From Leptospira sp. (GTDB lineage Bacteria; Spirochaetota; Leptospiria; Leptospirales; Leptospiraceae): a stretch of DNA of 25,601 nt. The notes below the pieces were generated by a model. The model saw nothing but the letters and a program-made list of their open reading frames with translations, made no database searches and had not been told where the DNA came from. The translations under genes and the position numbers were made by a program. Of the stretch, positions 7,997-17,096 are shown in pieces. The DNA lies in NCBI GenBank assembly GCA_021413405.1, contig JAIOQL010000112.1, positions 1 through 25,601 on the forward strand, written 5' to 3'. Numbering within the stretch: the stretch's first letter is position 1; each line of letters begins with the position of its first letter.

Positions 7997-9106
7997 ATGA
8001 AAAAGTATATTTTAATTCTGGCAGCAATGGCGTTTGTTATCATTGCGAATCCGGCTTTCGCAACCGCGAAAAAATCGGCTTATCCGGTCGTTTTTGCACA
8101 CGGATTGGGGGGTTTTGATAACCTTCTTGGAGCATATTATTTTGGTGATGATTATGGAGTATTTGTTGGTGATCCTTGCGACGAATTTCTTGAAGTTACC
8201 TGTAATAGTAATATTAGCACCAGTCAAAAAGCTTTGGCAGGAAATGTAGCTCCTTTCAACAGTTCTGAAATTCGTGGATTACAGCTTGCGAATCAAATTG
8301 AAAGTTATCTCACAACTGTTGGATCTTCTTATGTAAATATAATTGGGCATTCCCAGGGTGGAATTGATGCAAGAAAAGCGGCTGCTGTTTTAAAACAGAG
8401 AAAAGGGTATGCAGTAGTAAAAGTTCTGGCATCCGTTTCCTCTCCTCACAGAGGTTCAGGAACTGCAAAATATATTCTGGATCTGAAACCTGGAGTTGTC
8501 AGTGTAATCGCCTCTCTTGCGGCAATTTATGGAAATTCTGTCTACGCTGCCGGGAACGATGTTTATGCTGCTGCAAAACAACTGGTTTATAACGATTACA
8601 GCGCAGCTGATGGGATCACGACAGGTATGAAAGATTTCAATACAAAATACAATGTGAATTCTGCTCATGCAAGCAAATACATTTCTTTTGTAACGGCACA
8701 ACAAGGTGTGAATCTAAATCCAGCGTTATTTCTTGTAGTTCAGGGATTCTTCAATGCAGACGGTGACGGATATTGTGTAGGTGATTGTGACAATGATGGT
8801 GCTGCCGGTCAGGGTAATGGCAACAAATCAGATACGGATGATGATGGTCTGGTTGGTGTCAATTCGGCACAAATGGGACAGAGAGCTCAACTGAATGATT
8901 GTTTCTTATGTTTGGATTACATTACAATCAACACGTCTCTGGGAAATGTAACTGATTTGAACAATCCCAGTTCCCTTCAGATGACTTCTAAAGCGAGCGT
9001 AATAAATCAGGATCATGCAGATGTGGTTGGACTCGGTCCGGATACATTTGATGAAAAAGAATTTTATGCAGCTATTATAGATTACATCGCAAACAACGGC
9101 GGCTGA
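7997..9106 (+). CDS. Secreted triacylglycerol lipase, alpha/beta hydrolase (bacterial family I-like)
   Basis: Start moved to 7997 (GAGG SD; signal MKKYILILAAMAFVIIANPAFA). Motifs PVVFAHGLGG, nucleophile elbow GHSQGG, SPHRGS, DGLV and C-terminal DHADV. Confidence 0.9.
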   Translation: MKKYILILAAMAFVIIANPAFATAKKSAYPVVFAHGLGGFDNLLGAYYFGDDYGVFVGDPCDEFLEVTCNSNISTSQKALAGNVAPFNSSEIRGLQLANQIESYLTTVGSSYVNIIGHSQGGIDARKAAAVLKQRKGYAVVKVLASVSSPHRGSGTAKYILDLKPGVVSVIASLAAIYGNSVYAAGNDVYAAAKQLVYNDYSAADGITTGMKDFNTKYNVNSAHASKYISFVTAQQGVNLNPALFLVVQGFFNADGDGYCVGDCDNDGAAGQGNGNKSDTDDDGLVGVNSAQMGQRAQLNDCFLCLDYITINTSLGNVTDLNNPSSLQMTSKASVINQDHADVVGLGPDTFDEKEFYAAIIDYIANNGG

Positions 9107-9127
9107 TATTTAGTTGAAGTTTTCACG

Positions 9128-9168
9128 AAACCCGGGTCAGGAGTTTTTGATCCGGGTTTTTTTATTTT
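9128..9168 (+). terminator. Intrinsic terminator after the lipase gene
   Basis: Stem AAACCCGGGTCA / TGATCCGGGTTT (one G-U pair) followed by a T-tract, 21 nt after the stop. Confidence 0.85.
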
Positions 9169-9235
9169 CAAATAAAATTTTATCCGAAACCTAAAAATAC
9201 TTTAATAGAAAAGCCACTCTGCCAACTGTGATCGT

Positions 9236-10288
9236 ATGGATTTTACTAACAAAAAAAATATTTTCATTGGTATTGGTGCAGTTCTCATATTAATAACCGG
9301 GGCTTTCTTTTTTACAAGAACGGATCCAATTGAAAAAAAGTTCAAAGAACTTGAATCAAGAACATTGACAGCCACGAAACTTAACGAAGATATTCTTGAT
9401 GATTCAAAATATCGGACAGGTCCTGAAGGTCGCATAGTCTATGACGGAGATCTCACCCCTGAGCAAATGGCACTGATCCTCCGCAGAAAATATGGATCCA
9501 AAATAGAGAATGCCGGTGTTCAGATATCCATGCTGGAAAAACTGATGCGCGATCTAAAGGCCAAATTCGGTGACAGGTGGATTGAAGTCCTTCAGGAGAT
9601 CCTTGGAATGGCATTTCCAGGATTAGAAACGAAGTTGTTCCGAATGTCCGAATCTTTGTATAAATACGAAAAGTATGTTGAAAAAAACCGCAACCGATTG
9701 ACTGGCATGTCCGACGCTGATCGGCAGAAAGAAATCTGGAAGGTCAGACGGGAATTGTTTGGAGATTCTGCAGAAGAAATGTGGGCAGCGGAGAAAAAAC
9801 AAAGTGCAGTAAATGAGGTTTTGAAACAGATTCAGGATAACAAATCAGTGCCGGTAAAAGAAAAAATTACGCAATATAGTACTGGACTCAAAGAAATCTA
9901 TGGTAAAGAGTTCTCATCTCAATTAGAGAATAAAAGACAGACATTCATGGAATCATTCCTGCGTGTAGTTCAGGATGATTTGAGTTCAATGTCCCCAACA
10001 GAACGTAAGGAAACTCTCAATGAAGTAAGAAAGGGAATGGGTATGGATTCATTTGCGCTCAAAAGATGGGAAGCTCTTGATTCCGTCCGGGATGAAAGAT
10101 GGGACAATGGCGAGAAATATAAGGCTGAGCGTCTGGATATAATTTCTAAATTCTCCGGTAACGAGCAGGAAAGAAAATTAGACGATATCCGTAAAAAATA
10201 TTATGGTGCTGAAGCAGAATCAGTAAAAAACGAGGAAGCATCCGGCTATTTTCGGTATGAACAGAAACGGCAATATGGAATAGACTGA
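9236..10288 (+). CDS. Membrane-anchored helical protein, probable lipase chaperone (Lif-like foldase)
   Basis: Single N-terminal TM (IFIGIGAVLILITGAFFF), a charged all-helical body with RRELFGDSAEEMW and RKKYYGAEAE segments, and a position directly downstream of a family I lipase. Confidence 0.6.
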   Translation: MDFTNKKNIFIGIGAVLILITGAFFFTRTDPIEKKFKELESRTLTATKLNEDILDDSKYRTGPEGRIVYDGDLTPEQMALILRRKYGSKIENAGVQISMLEKLMRDLKAKFGDRWIEVLQEILGMAFPGLETKLFRMSESLYKYEKYVEKNRNRLTGMSDADRQKEIWKVRRELFGDSAEEMWAAEKKQSAVNEVLKQIQDNKSVPVKEKITQYSTGLKEIYGKEFSSQLENKRQTFMESFLRVVQDDLSSMSPTERKETLNEVRKGMGMDSFALKRWEALDSVRDERWDNGEKYKAERLDIISKFSGNEQERKLDDIRKKYYGAEAESVKNEEASGYFRYEQKRQYGID

Positions 10289-10295
10289 ACGAACC

Positions 10296-11228
10296 TTACA
10301 TGATCACCGGAATTGCCTTTGGTAACATTTTAAAATGAAATTCATGCGTTTTTAAAAAATCTATTTCCCGGACTTCGCCGTCGATTTCCTGGGAGATTGT
10401 TCTGACGGGAACAACATGCATTTCTGTTGCATGAAATTCACGAACGCCGGTCATCGTGCTGACTTTTCCGGAATAGATCTTATGTGACTCAGTGACCAAT
10501 TTTATTTTCGAAACGTTAGAAACTATCACGATGTCAAATATTCCGTCTTCCAGATCATAATTCGGAGCCCATCTCATTCCGCCTCCGTTAAACTCAGCAT
10601 TACAAACAAACAGGTTCACAATTCCGGTTTCAAATTCATTCCATTTTCCGTCCGGCGATTTATACTTTATTCTGCAAACCGGAGGTTCATATTTGAACAG
10701 TACGGTCAATGCGTGATAAAAATATGCAGCAACGCCTAACTGAAACTTGGAAGATTTCATTTGCCGGTTTACCTCGCCACCCATTCCGATTGATGTGATG
10801 TTTATGAAGTAGTGGGGATTCTTTTTGTCTTCAAGAGTTGATAACCCGCAATCGATGAGTTTAAAATTATTTTCCCGGAGAGCTTTGTGGTAGTCGGCCG
10901 ATCTCTTGTTTATGGTTTTAAAGAAATCTCCACCTGTTCCGAGATTAATGATTCCTAAAGGAATACTTGCGTTTATCACTTTTCCATCTTTATTAAAATA
11001 CCCATTTATCGCTTCGTTAATTGACCCGTCACCTCCGGCGATTAATATCTGTTTATACTCCTTTCTGGAAAGAATTTCAGAAACTTTTCTCGTACAATCC
11101 TTCGGGGAGTCTGTAAGATAAAGATCAAAAGAGCCCAGGTTTTTTTCGAGAAGTGGTCTTTGCCGGTCAAATGCCTTGAGAGCAAGACCATGTCTGCTTT
11201 TTGGGTTAAGTATTACAATTCGTTTCAT
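10296..11228 (-). CDS. Diacylglycerol/lipid kinase family protein (YegS/DAGK-like)
   Basis: ILNPKS, AGGDGSINE, NLGTGGDF, NAEFNGGG and EIDGE motifs. Confidence 0.92.
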   Translation of the reverse strand: MKRIVILNPKSRHGLALKAFDRQRPLLEKNLGSFDLYLTDSPKDCTRKVSEILSRKEYKQILIAGGDGSINEAINGYFNKDGKVINASIPLGIINLGTGGDFFKTINKRSADYHKALRENNFKLIDCGLSTLEDKKNPHYFINITSIGMGGEVNRQMKSSKFQLGVAAYFYHALTVLFKYEPPVCRIKYKSPDGKWNEFETGIVNLFVCNAEFNGGGMRWAPNYDLEDGIFDIVIVSNVSKIKLVTESHKIYSGKVSTMTGVREFHATEMHVVPVRTISQEIDGEVREIDFLKTHEFHFKMLPKAIPVIM

Positions 11229-11269
11229 TGGGAAAGGAAATCGCGGAATTCATTAATTTGTAAAGGATT

Positions 11270-13267
11270 TCACAATTTGATTTTTGCTTTTTTTAATATT
11301 TCAAGAAATTCCTTTTCATTCACAATGAGAACTCCCAGTTCCCGGGCTTTTTCAAGCTTAGAACCGGCGTTTTCTCCCGCCAACAAATGAGTTGTTTTGG
11401 TTGATATTGAGGTAACTTTTCTTCCGCCATAGTAAACGATTAGGTCCATAGCCTTGTCGCGAGGCTGAAAATTTTCGAAACTACCAGTCACGCACCAGCT
11501 TTGTCCTCCAAAGAGCGTTAAGGAGGATTTCTGTCGTCTGACAGCCTGAAATTTCAGTCCGGCCTTCTTTAGTTCGTCAATGAGTTTAAGAGTTTCCCTG
11601 TCTTGGAATTGCCTGACAATCGATTCTGCTGTCCTAGGGCCCATCCCGTGAATTTCTTCAAGATTTTCCCTGGCATTAGCGGCTGACGCAGCTTCAATAA
11701 TTTTATCTATATCATCAAATCCGTTTTCAATGAGGATTTCGGTAACTTTGTGACCAACTTCGGAAAGTCCGATTGATGGAAGAACGAATTTAAAATCTTT
11801 TTCCTTTGATTTTTCGATTCCGCTCAAAATGATATCTACGCTCTTTTCTCCAAGTCCAGCAGTCTGAATCAGCTCATCTCTTTTTGATTTAAGTTTATAA
11901 ATGTCTGGTATGGAACGGATAAAGCCCGCGTTATAGAAATTCTCTATCTGTTTTTCTCCCAAGCCTTCTATGTCCATTTGTTTTCTCTGACAGAAAAAAA
12001 TCAGGCTGTTCTTTTCGCGATCCGGACATTTTTTATTGGGACAGAAAAAGTCTACAGACTCATCGACTTTAAGCAATACTGTGCCACAGGCCGGGCATTT
12101 TTCAGGGAGTTTAAAAATCCCCTGATTTCCGGGTTCTATGACTTCTTCCACTGCGGGAATGATTTCTCCTCTCTTTGCAACATTAACTTTGGCACCAATT
12201 CCGATACCCATTTCATCAATAAAATCCTGGTTGTGCAAAGTCGCGTACGTTACTGTTGTTCCAGCCAGCAAAACTGGCTCGACCTTAGCCCTTGGAGTTA
12301 TCTTTCCGGTTCTTCCAACCGCATAATCTATATTTACAATTCTTGTTTCTTTCATAAGCGCATCGAATTTGAAAGCACGTGCCCAACGGGGGGAATGCGA
12401 GGTTGCGCCTAACGCATCGCGCAGAGCGAGGTCATTTAGCTTGATCACAAGACCATCAACGGGATAATCGACTTTGTCTTTTTTCTTTTTGAATTCTGAA
12501 ATTACTTTTTCTATTTTCTTACCCGAAATAATTTTATACTCATTCGAAACGGGGAGGCCGAGGTCCGACATAGTTTCCAGGATTTGCGAATGATATTTTA
12601 TTTTTTTATTGGGTTCAGGAAAATAGGCATCGTAAGTAAAAATTCTAAGGGGCCGCTTTGCTGTTTGAGAGGAATTTTTATGTTTAATTGATCCCGCCGC
12701 AAGATTCCTTGGGTTTGCATATTTTCCCCCGAATTCTTCATTGAATTCTGCAAAATCCGTAAATGTCATATAAACTTCACCTCTCGCATAAATACTGACC
12801 GGTTCCGGGAGTTTTAAAGGGATATTTCGTATTGTCCGGATATTCTCAGTAACATCGTCTCCAATCCCACCTGATCCGCGAGAAACACCGTTAACCAATT
12901 CACCCTTTTCGTAGTATAAAACAATCGATGCTCCATCAATTTTCCATTCGACGGAATATTCATTCTCGATTCCTGTTTTCTCGATCCAGTCTTTGAGTTC
13001 TGCAAAGTTGTAGGTATTTTCCAGTGAAAGAACTGGAACCTTGTGCTGGTACTTATGAAATTCGTTGTCCGAGTCGGAGCCAACAACTTTCGTGGGACTA
13101 TTTACTGATGCAAATTCCGGATTGGCCTTTTCAAGATCCTGAAGTTTTTTGAATAATAGATCGAATTCTTTATCGGAAATCTCAGGCTTTCTTGCTTTGT
13201 AATATAATTGCTGATGATGCCTGATCTTTGATTCTAGGGTCCGAATTTCTTTTTCGATAGAATTCAA
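11270..13267 (-). CDS. ligA: NAD-dependent DNA ligase
   Basis: EWKIDG adenylation motif, RGEV, NPRN, DGLVIK, VGRTG, TLHN, C4 zinc finger (CPAC...CPNKKC), HhH repeats and C-terminal BRCT domain. TTG start preceded by TAAGGT. Confidence 0.98.
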   Translation of the reverse strand: MNSIEKEIRTLESKIRHHQQLYYKARKPEISDKEFDLLFKKLQDLEKANPEFASVNSPTKVVGSDSDNEFHKYQHKVPVLSLENTYNFAELKDWIEKTGIENEYSVEWKIDGASIVLYYEKGELVNGVSRGSGGIGDDVTENIRTIRNIPLKLPEPVSIYARGEVYMTFTDFAEFNEEFGGKYANPRNLAAGSIKHKNSSQTAKRPLRIFTYDAYFPEPNKKIKYHSQILETMSDLGLPVSNEYKIISGKKIEKVISEFKKKKDKVDYPVDGLVIKLNDLALRDALGATSHSPRWARAFKFDALMKETRIVNIDYAVGRTGKITPRAKVEPVLLAGTTVTYATLHNQDFIDEMGIGIGAKVNVAKRGEIIPAVEEVIEPGNQGIFKLPEKCPACGTVLLKVDESVDFFCPNKKCPDREKNSLIFFCQRKQMDIEGLGEKQIENFYNAGFIRSIPDIYKLKSKRDELIQTAGLGEKSVDIILSGIEKSKEKDFKFVLPSIGLSEVGHKVTEILIENGFDDIDKIIEAASAANARENLEEIHGMGPRTAESIVRQFQDRETLKLIDELKKAGLKFQAVRRQKSSLTLFGGQSWCVTGSFENFQPRDKAMDLIVYYGGRKVTSISTKTTHLLAGENAGSKLEKARELGVLIVNEKEFLEILKKAKIKL

Positions 13268-13344
13268 TAACTTACCTTATGCGAAGAGCGCGAACGATCC
13301 AAGCTGGATAGGGGATAAGGTTTCTATAGTCGGCCTGGTCTCTT

Positions 13345-13365
13345 GTGCTGAGCAGGGTCGAAGTA
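13345..13365. repeat. Single copy of a CTGAGC-N4-GTCGAAG-type dispersed intergenic repeat
   Basis: GTGCTGAGCAGGGTCGAAGTA matches a short motif I recall as multicopy in Bacteroidota and spirochaete intergenic DNA. Only one copy is present here. Confidence 0.4.
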
Positions 13366-13460
13366 TTGCCCAAATCAATGATTTTACTATTTTTTTTAAA
13401 AACAATCTGAAATATGTATTTCATTTCAATAAAATACTTTTTTAAATTCTAAGGCAGGTC

Positions 13461-14465
13461 TTACAATAGACCACCGTGAAGGAATTCTTCCGGGTTCATT
13501 CGTACTGAATCACCGGACCAAACCTCATAATGAAGATGAGGGCCAGTTGTATTTCCTGTAGAACCAACAAGCCCAATAACTGCTCCGCGATTTATTGTTT
13601 GTCCCACACTCACGTATATCTTCGAACAATGTCCATACAGGGTATAGTACCCATAATCATGAGATATAATAATGTGATGTCCATAGCCGATCGTAGAATA
13701 GATAACACGCGAAACTCGTCCGGGAGCAGTTGCAAAAATCGGAGTTCCGGGGGCATTTGCCAGATCAATGCCATCATGGTTTTCCCAGTAACCCATTGTT
13801 GGTGAACGGCGATACCCGAAAGTAGAAGTCACATTGTATGTGTCCAATGGCTGCGTAAGTGGCATACTTTGTATTATCGAAGCTCGGGTACCAAGAAAAT
13901 CCAGATTCGCATCAAGCAAAGCCTGGTTTTTTTCCATAGTTACTTTTAACTGCCTGAATTCATAAATTTCAGAGAGATAGGATTTTCCTGTAACCAGTTC
14001 TTTGTCGGCAAGTTCTTCTGATCGAAGTTCAGAATAGACCTTTTCGTTAACGTCCGACTCTGAGTGCAATTTCAGGAGCTCTTCGTCATTTCCATCGACA
14101 AGGGTAAAAAGTTCAGAAAGATCCTCGCTAAGAACAGTATTGTCTTCCTGTAGTTTACCCAGATCTTCAGTGAGGCTGACGTATTCATCGAAAAATTTTC
14201 CGTAAACCTGGGAGAGCGCATCCAATTGTATCTTTGTATTTGCTGATTTGGTGATTCCATAAATTGAGAGACCAATTAACGAAAACAATAGCGAAATAAT
14301 AAAAAAAATTGCAAACATGGAAATTTGAAAATTGAATGAACTGTCATGTCCGTGAGGAATTACAAAGACAGTGAGTCTCTGGTGCCCTTTTTCTTTAACG
14401 GAATCAATTTTATTTTTAAGGTACGGGTTATTGGCTATGAATTTCTTTTTTAATTTGTATATCAT
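13461..14465 (-). CDS. M23 family metallopeptidase with N-terminal TM and coiled coil
   Basis: HDGID (HxxxD) and HLH zinc motifs, TLYGHC, one TM segment, and a Leptospira-type RLTVFVIPH N-terminus. Confidence 0.93.
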   Translation of the reverse strand: MIYKLKKKFIANNPYLKNKIDSVKEKGHQRLTVFVIPHGHDSSFNFQISMFAIFFIISLLFSLIGLSIYGITKSANTKIQLDALSQVYGKFFDEYVSLTEDLGKLQEDNTVLSEDLSELFTLVDGNDEELLKLHSESDVNEKVYSELRSEELADKELVTGKSYLSEIYEFRQLKVTMEKNQALLDANLDFLGTRASIIQSMPLTQPLDTYNVTSTFGYRRSPTMGYWENHDGIDLANAPGTPIFATAPGRVSRVIYSTIGYGHHIIISHDYGYYTLYGHCSKIYVSVGQTINRGAVIGLVGSTGNTTGPHLHYEVWSGDSVRMNPEEFLHGGLL

Positions 14466-14509
14466 TCTGGTTCAGGTTTAAATTATTCAGTAATATATTA
14501 TCGGTCAAG

Positions 14510-15238
14510 ATGAATACAGCGTTACTGGATAGAATAAAAATATGTCTCGAAAATCCAAAATATGCGGGAAATATAGGGATGGTTTGCAGACTGATTTCTA
14601 ATTTTTCACTTTCACCGCTACGGGTGCTCGGGGAACCAAGGGAACTTGCCTTTGACATTGAATGGATGGCCTATAATGCGGAAGATGAACTCAAAAAAAT
14701 TGAGTATGTGAACTCGTCTTCAGAAATGAAATCTGATTTATCAATATTGATTGGAACAGGAATGGTGCATGGAAAGGATCGGGGACGGTTTATTCATATA
14801 ACAGAAATTCCGGGAGTTTTGAGAACAGTAACCGGGAAAATTGGAATTGTTTTTGGACGGGAAGATTCAGGTCTAACCCGGAATACAATTGATTTCTGTG
14901 ACTATATGGTGGATTTTCAACTTAGAGGAAAACAATCATCAATGAATCTATCCAATTCGGTTGCCTATCTGATGAGCATTATATATAATTCCGCTCAACC
15001 TGGCTCCGGGATGGAGACTCCGGTTGAAAATAATATTGGAACGGAGCATTTTTATAATTACGCAAAGAAAATTTTTGAAAAGCTGGGCATGAATGAATAT
15101 CACGGGATGGAAAACCTTGCAGTTAAACGTCTCCGTTATATTATAGATTCCAGGCCCCTCTCCAAAGGGGATCTCGATTTTATTTACACTATTTTCCGGA
15201 ATATTGAAAAAAACATTGTAGTTAGCGAATCAGATTAG
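14510..15238 (+). CDS. SPOUT RNA methyltransferase, TrmJ/LasT family
   Basis: LENPKYAGNIG, IVFGREDSGL and SMNLSNSV motifs plus a C-terminal helical extension. Confidence 0.88.
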   Translation: MNTALLDRIKICLENPKYAGNIGMVCRLISNFSLSPLRVLGEPRELAFDIEWMAYNAEDELKKIEYVNSSSEMKSDLSILIGTGMVHGKDRGRFIHITEIPGVLRTVTGKIGIVFGREDSGLTRNTIDFCDYMVDFQLRGKQSSMNLSNSVAYLMSIIYNSAQPGSGMETPVENNIGTEHFYNYAKKIFEKLGMNEYHGMENLAVKRLRYIIDSRPLSKGDLDFIYTIFRNIEKNIVVSESD

Positions 15239-15268
15239 TATAATTGGCGCATAACGTACGAACAGGTC

Positions 15269-15937
15269 ATGAAAAGAATAATTAAGATAACTTTCCTTAT
15301 CATGCTTTCTGCGCTTCTTGGAAGCATTCTGATCGATTTAAGTTTCGAATGGTCCTATGGAACTGCAAAGATTTTTTCGAATGCAGATTTGGCTCCACAG
15401 GCGACCGTTGCCATCGTTCCAGGCGCAGCTGTGTATGGAAAAACTGCATCACCAATCCTGATGGACAGGCTGGAGGGCGCCCTTCAGCTTTATAAGAAAA
15501 AAAAAGTTAAAAAAATACTCCTGTCAGGCGATCATGGTACAAAGTCTTACAATGAACTAAAACCAATGCTAAAATTTATGTTGAAGAATGGAGTGAATGA
15601 ATCGGATATTTTTGTAGATCATGCAGGTTTTCGTACACTGGATACTCTTGTCCGGGCCAAACTGATTTTCGATGTCAGAGATGCTTTTTTTGTTAGCCAA
15701 AAATTCCATCAGCCCCGGGCTATTTACATAGGAGAAAAATTAGGAATGCAGATTATTCCGTTCGAAGCCGATCTCCGCCCATACCACAGTGAGGGTTACA
15801 ACCGGCTACGGGAATTTTTTGCCAGAAATCTGGCATGGATGGACATGAATCTGTTCCACACTTCGCCGCGCTATCTCGGAACATCCTATCCTATTACAGG
15901 GAATGGAGAAAAAACATGGAAAGGATCTGTCTTATAA
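15269..15937 (+). CDS. SanA/YdcF (DUF218) family protein
   Basis: N-terminal TM, then IVPGAAV, DRL, LLSGDH, DHAGFRTLDT, SQKFH..RA and RE..AR motifs. Confidence 0.9.
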   Translation: MKRIIKITFLIMLSALLGSILIDLSFEWSYGTAKIFSNADLAPQATVAIVPGAAVYGKTASPILMDRLEGALQLYKKKKVKKILLSGDHGTKSYNELKPMLKFMLKNGVNESDIFVDHAGFRTLDTLVRAKLIFDVRDAFFVSQKFHQPRAIYIGEKLGMQIIPFEADLRPYHSEGYNRLREFFARNLAWMDMNLFHTSPRYLGTSYPITGNGEKTWKGSVL

Positions 15938-15938
15938 T

Positions 15939-16643
15939 ATGATTTTATTCTATTGGTTCGGCTGTCTTTTTTATTACTCAACGGGTCATTGGATTCTCAA
16001 ATACTTTCACTTTACAAGGTACTATAAATACAAGGTTATATATCTGAATCTGGAAAACCTGGAGCCGTTGCGAGAAACGCCGCATATCGTATTGGCAAAT
16101 CATATCAAACCCCGTGATAAAGCTTTGAAGTTTTTTAGCGCACCATACGACTTCTTTCTCATAAAATACATGATTTTGAAAGAGACCGAAAGGGATCTGA
16201 AGCCACTTGCAAGATATGATTCATCTCCGCATCCATCGAATAGGGTAATGAAATTTGTTCAATCAAATGTAATGGAACACTTTATCAAAGGAATTGCTGT
16301 TTCTCTGAAAATGATTCCTTTGCATAGAAAGGCCAATACAAGTCAGAATAAAGAAACTCTGAGGCTTATCAGGAAGCATAAAGAGAATGGTAATCACCTG
16401 ATGATTTTCCCAGAGGGTAAAATGCATCGCGGATTCCGGAAAGGGAGAAAGTTCTATTCTGGTTTTAAAACAATTTCACAAAGTCACAATTTACCATTGT
16501 TACCAATCTATATCGACGGGTATAATGCGAATAAAGAAATTAGAATCATTATTGGAAAATCAATAAAACTTAGCGACTTATCAGGAGATCCCGCTGAACA
16601 GATCAAAAAAATTATAGCCAATCACAAGAATTCTCAAAAATAA
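15939..16643 (+). CDS. Lysophospholipid (1-acyl-sn-glycerol-3-phosphate) acyltransferase family protein
   Basis: NHIKPRD (HX4D) and IFPEG motifs. Start placed at the ATG 1 nt after the upstream stop rather than at the overlapping 15903. Confidence 0.85.
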   Translation: MILFYWFGCLFYYSTGHWILKYFHFTRYYKYKVIYLNLENLEPLRETPHIVLANHIKPRDKALKFFSAPYDFFLIKYMILKETERDLKPLARYDSSPHPSNRVMKFVQSNVMEHFIKGIAVSLKMIPLHRKANTSQNKETLRLIRKHKENGNHLMIFPEGKMHRGFRKGRKFYSGFKTISQSHNLPLLPIYIDGYNANKEIRIIIGKSIKLSDLSGDPAEQIKKIIANHKNSQK

Positions 16644-16748
16644 ACTTCAGTTCCCGCAGATTATATCCAGGTAAACATTGAACAATTTGGAGACTAATTA
16701 TTTATTCATATCTATCGTTATTTTTTATTTTTCCGATATTAAAACTAT

Positions 16749-17096
16749 ATGCTGATAAGGATCATTATTCTATTTATAGCCCTTTCTTTTACTCTATTGT
16801 CCTACAATCCTTGGGATTCGAAAATAACGGAAAGAATCATCAACAGAAAACAGGTGAACAATATTATCATTGAATCAAAGGCTGATCATTATAGGGTAAC
16901 TCTTCTCGTCTGCGACAGGTTTCCCTATAATCATAAATCCCATTCTTATCCTTTTTATATCCGTATCTATGACGAAAAGAAAGCTCTCCTTCTCGCTCAG
17001 AAGTTGGATAAATATTTAGAAAAAGGAAATGAAATAGCGATAAAATTGAAAGGATCAGAAATTATTTCGTATAAATACAATGAATCACAAAATTAG
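16749..17096 (+). CDS. Small hypothetical protein with N-terminal signal/anchor
   Basis: 115 aa ORF with a hydrophobic N-terminus, overlapping the next gene by 17 nt. No motif recognised. Confidence 0.65.
   Translation: MLIRIIILFIALSFTLLSYNPWDSKITERIINRKQVNNIIIESKADHYRVTLLVCDRFPYNHKSHSYPFYIRIYDEKKALLLAQKLDKYLEKGNEIAIKLKGSEIISYKYNESQN

Noticed and set aside
11978-12412. 144-aa + strand ORF and other ORFs within ligA
   Set aside because: Antisense shadows of ligA.
14491-14500. TAATATATTA palindrome in the 44-nt divergent gap between the M23 and TrmJ-like genes
   Set aside because: An A/T-only 10-mer is expected by chance in this composition.
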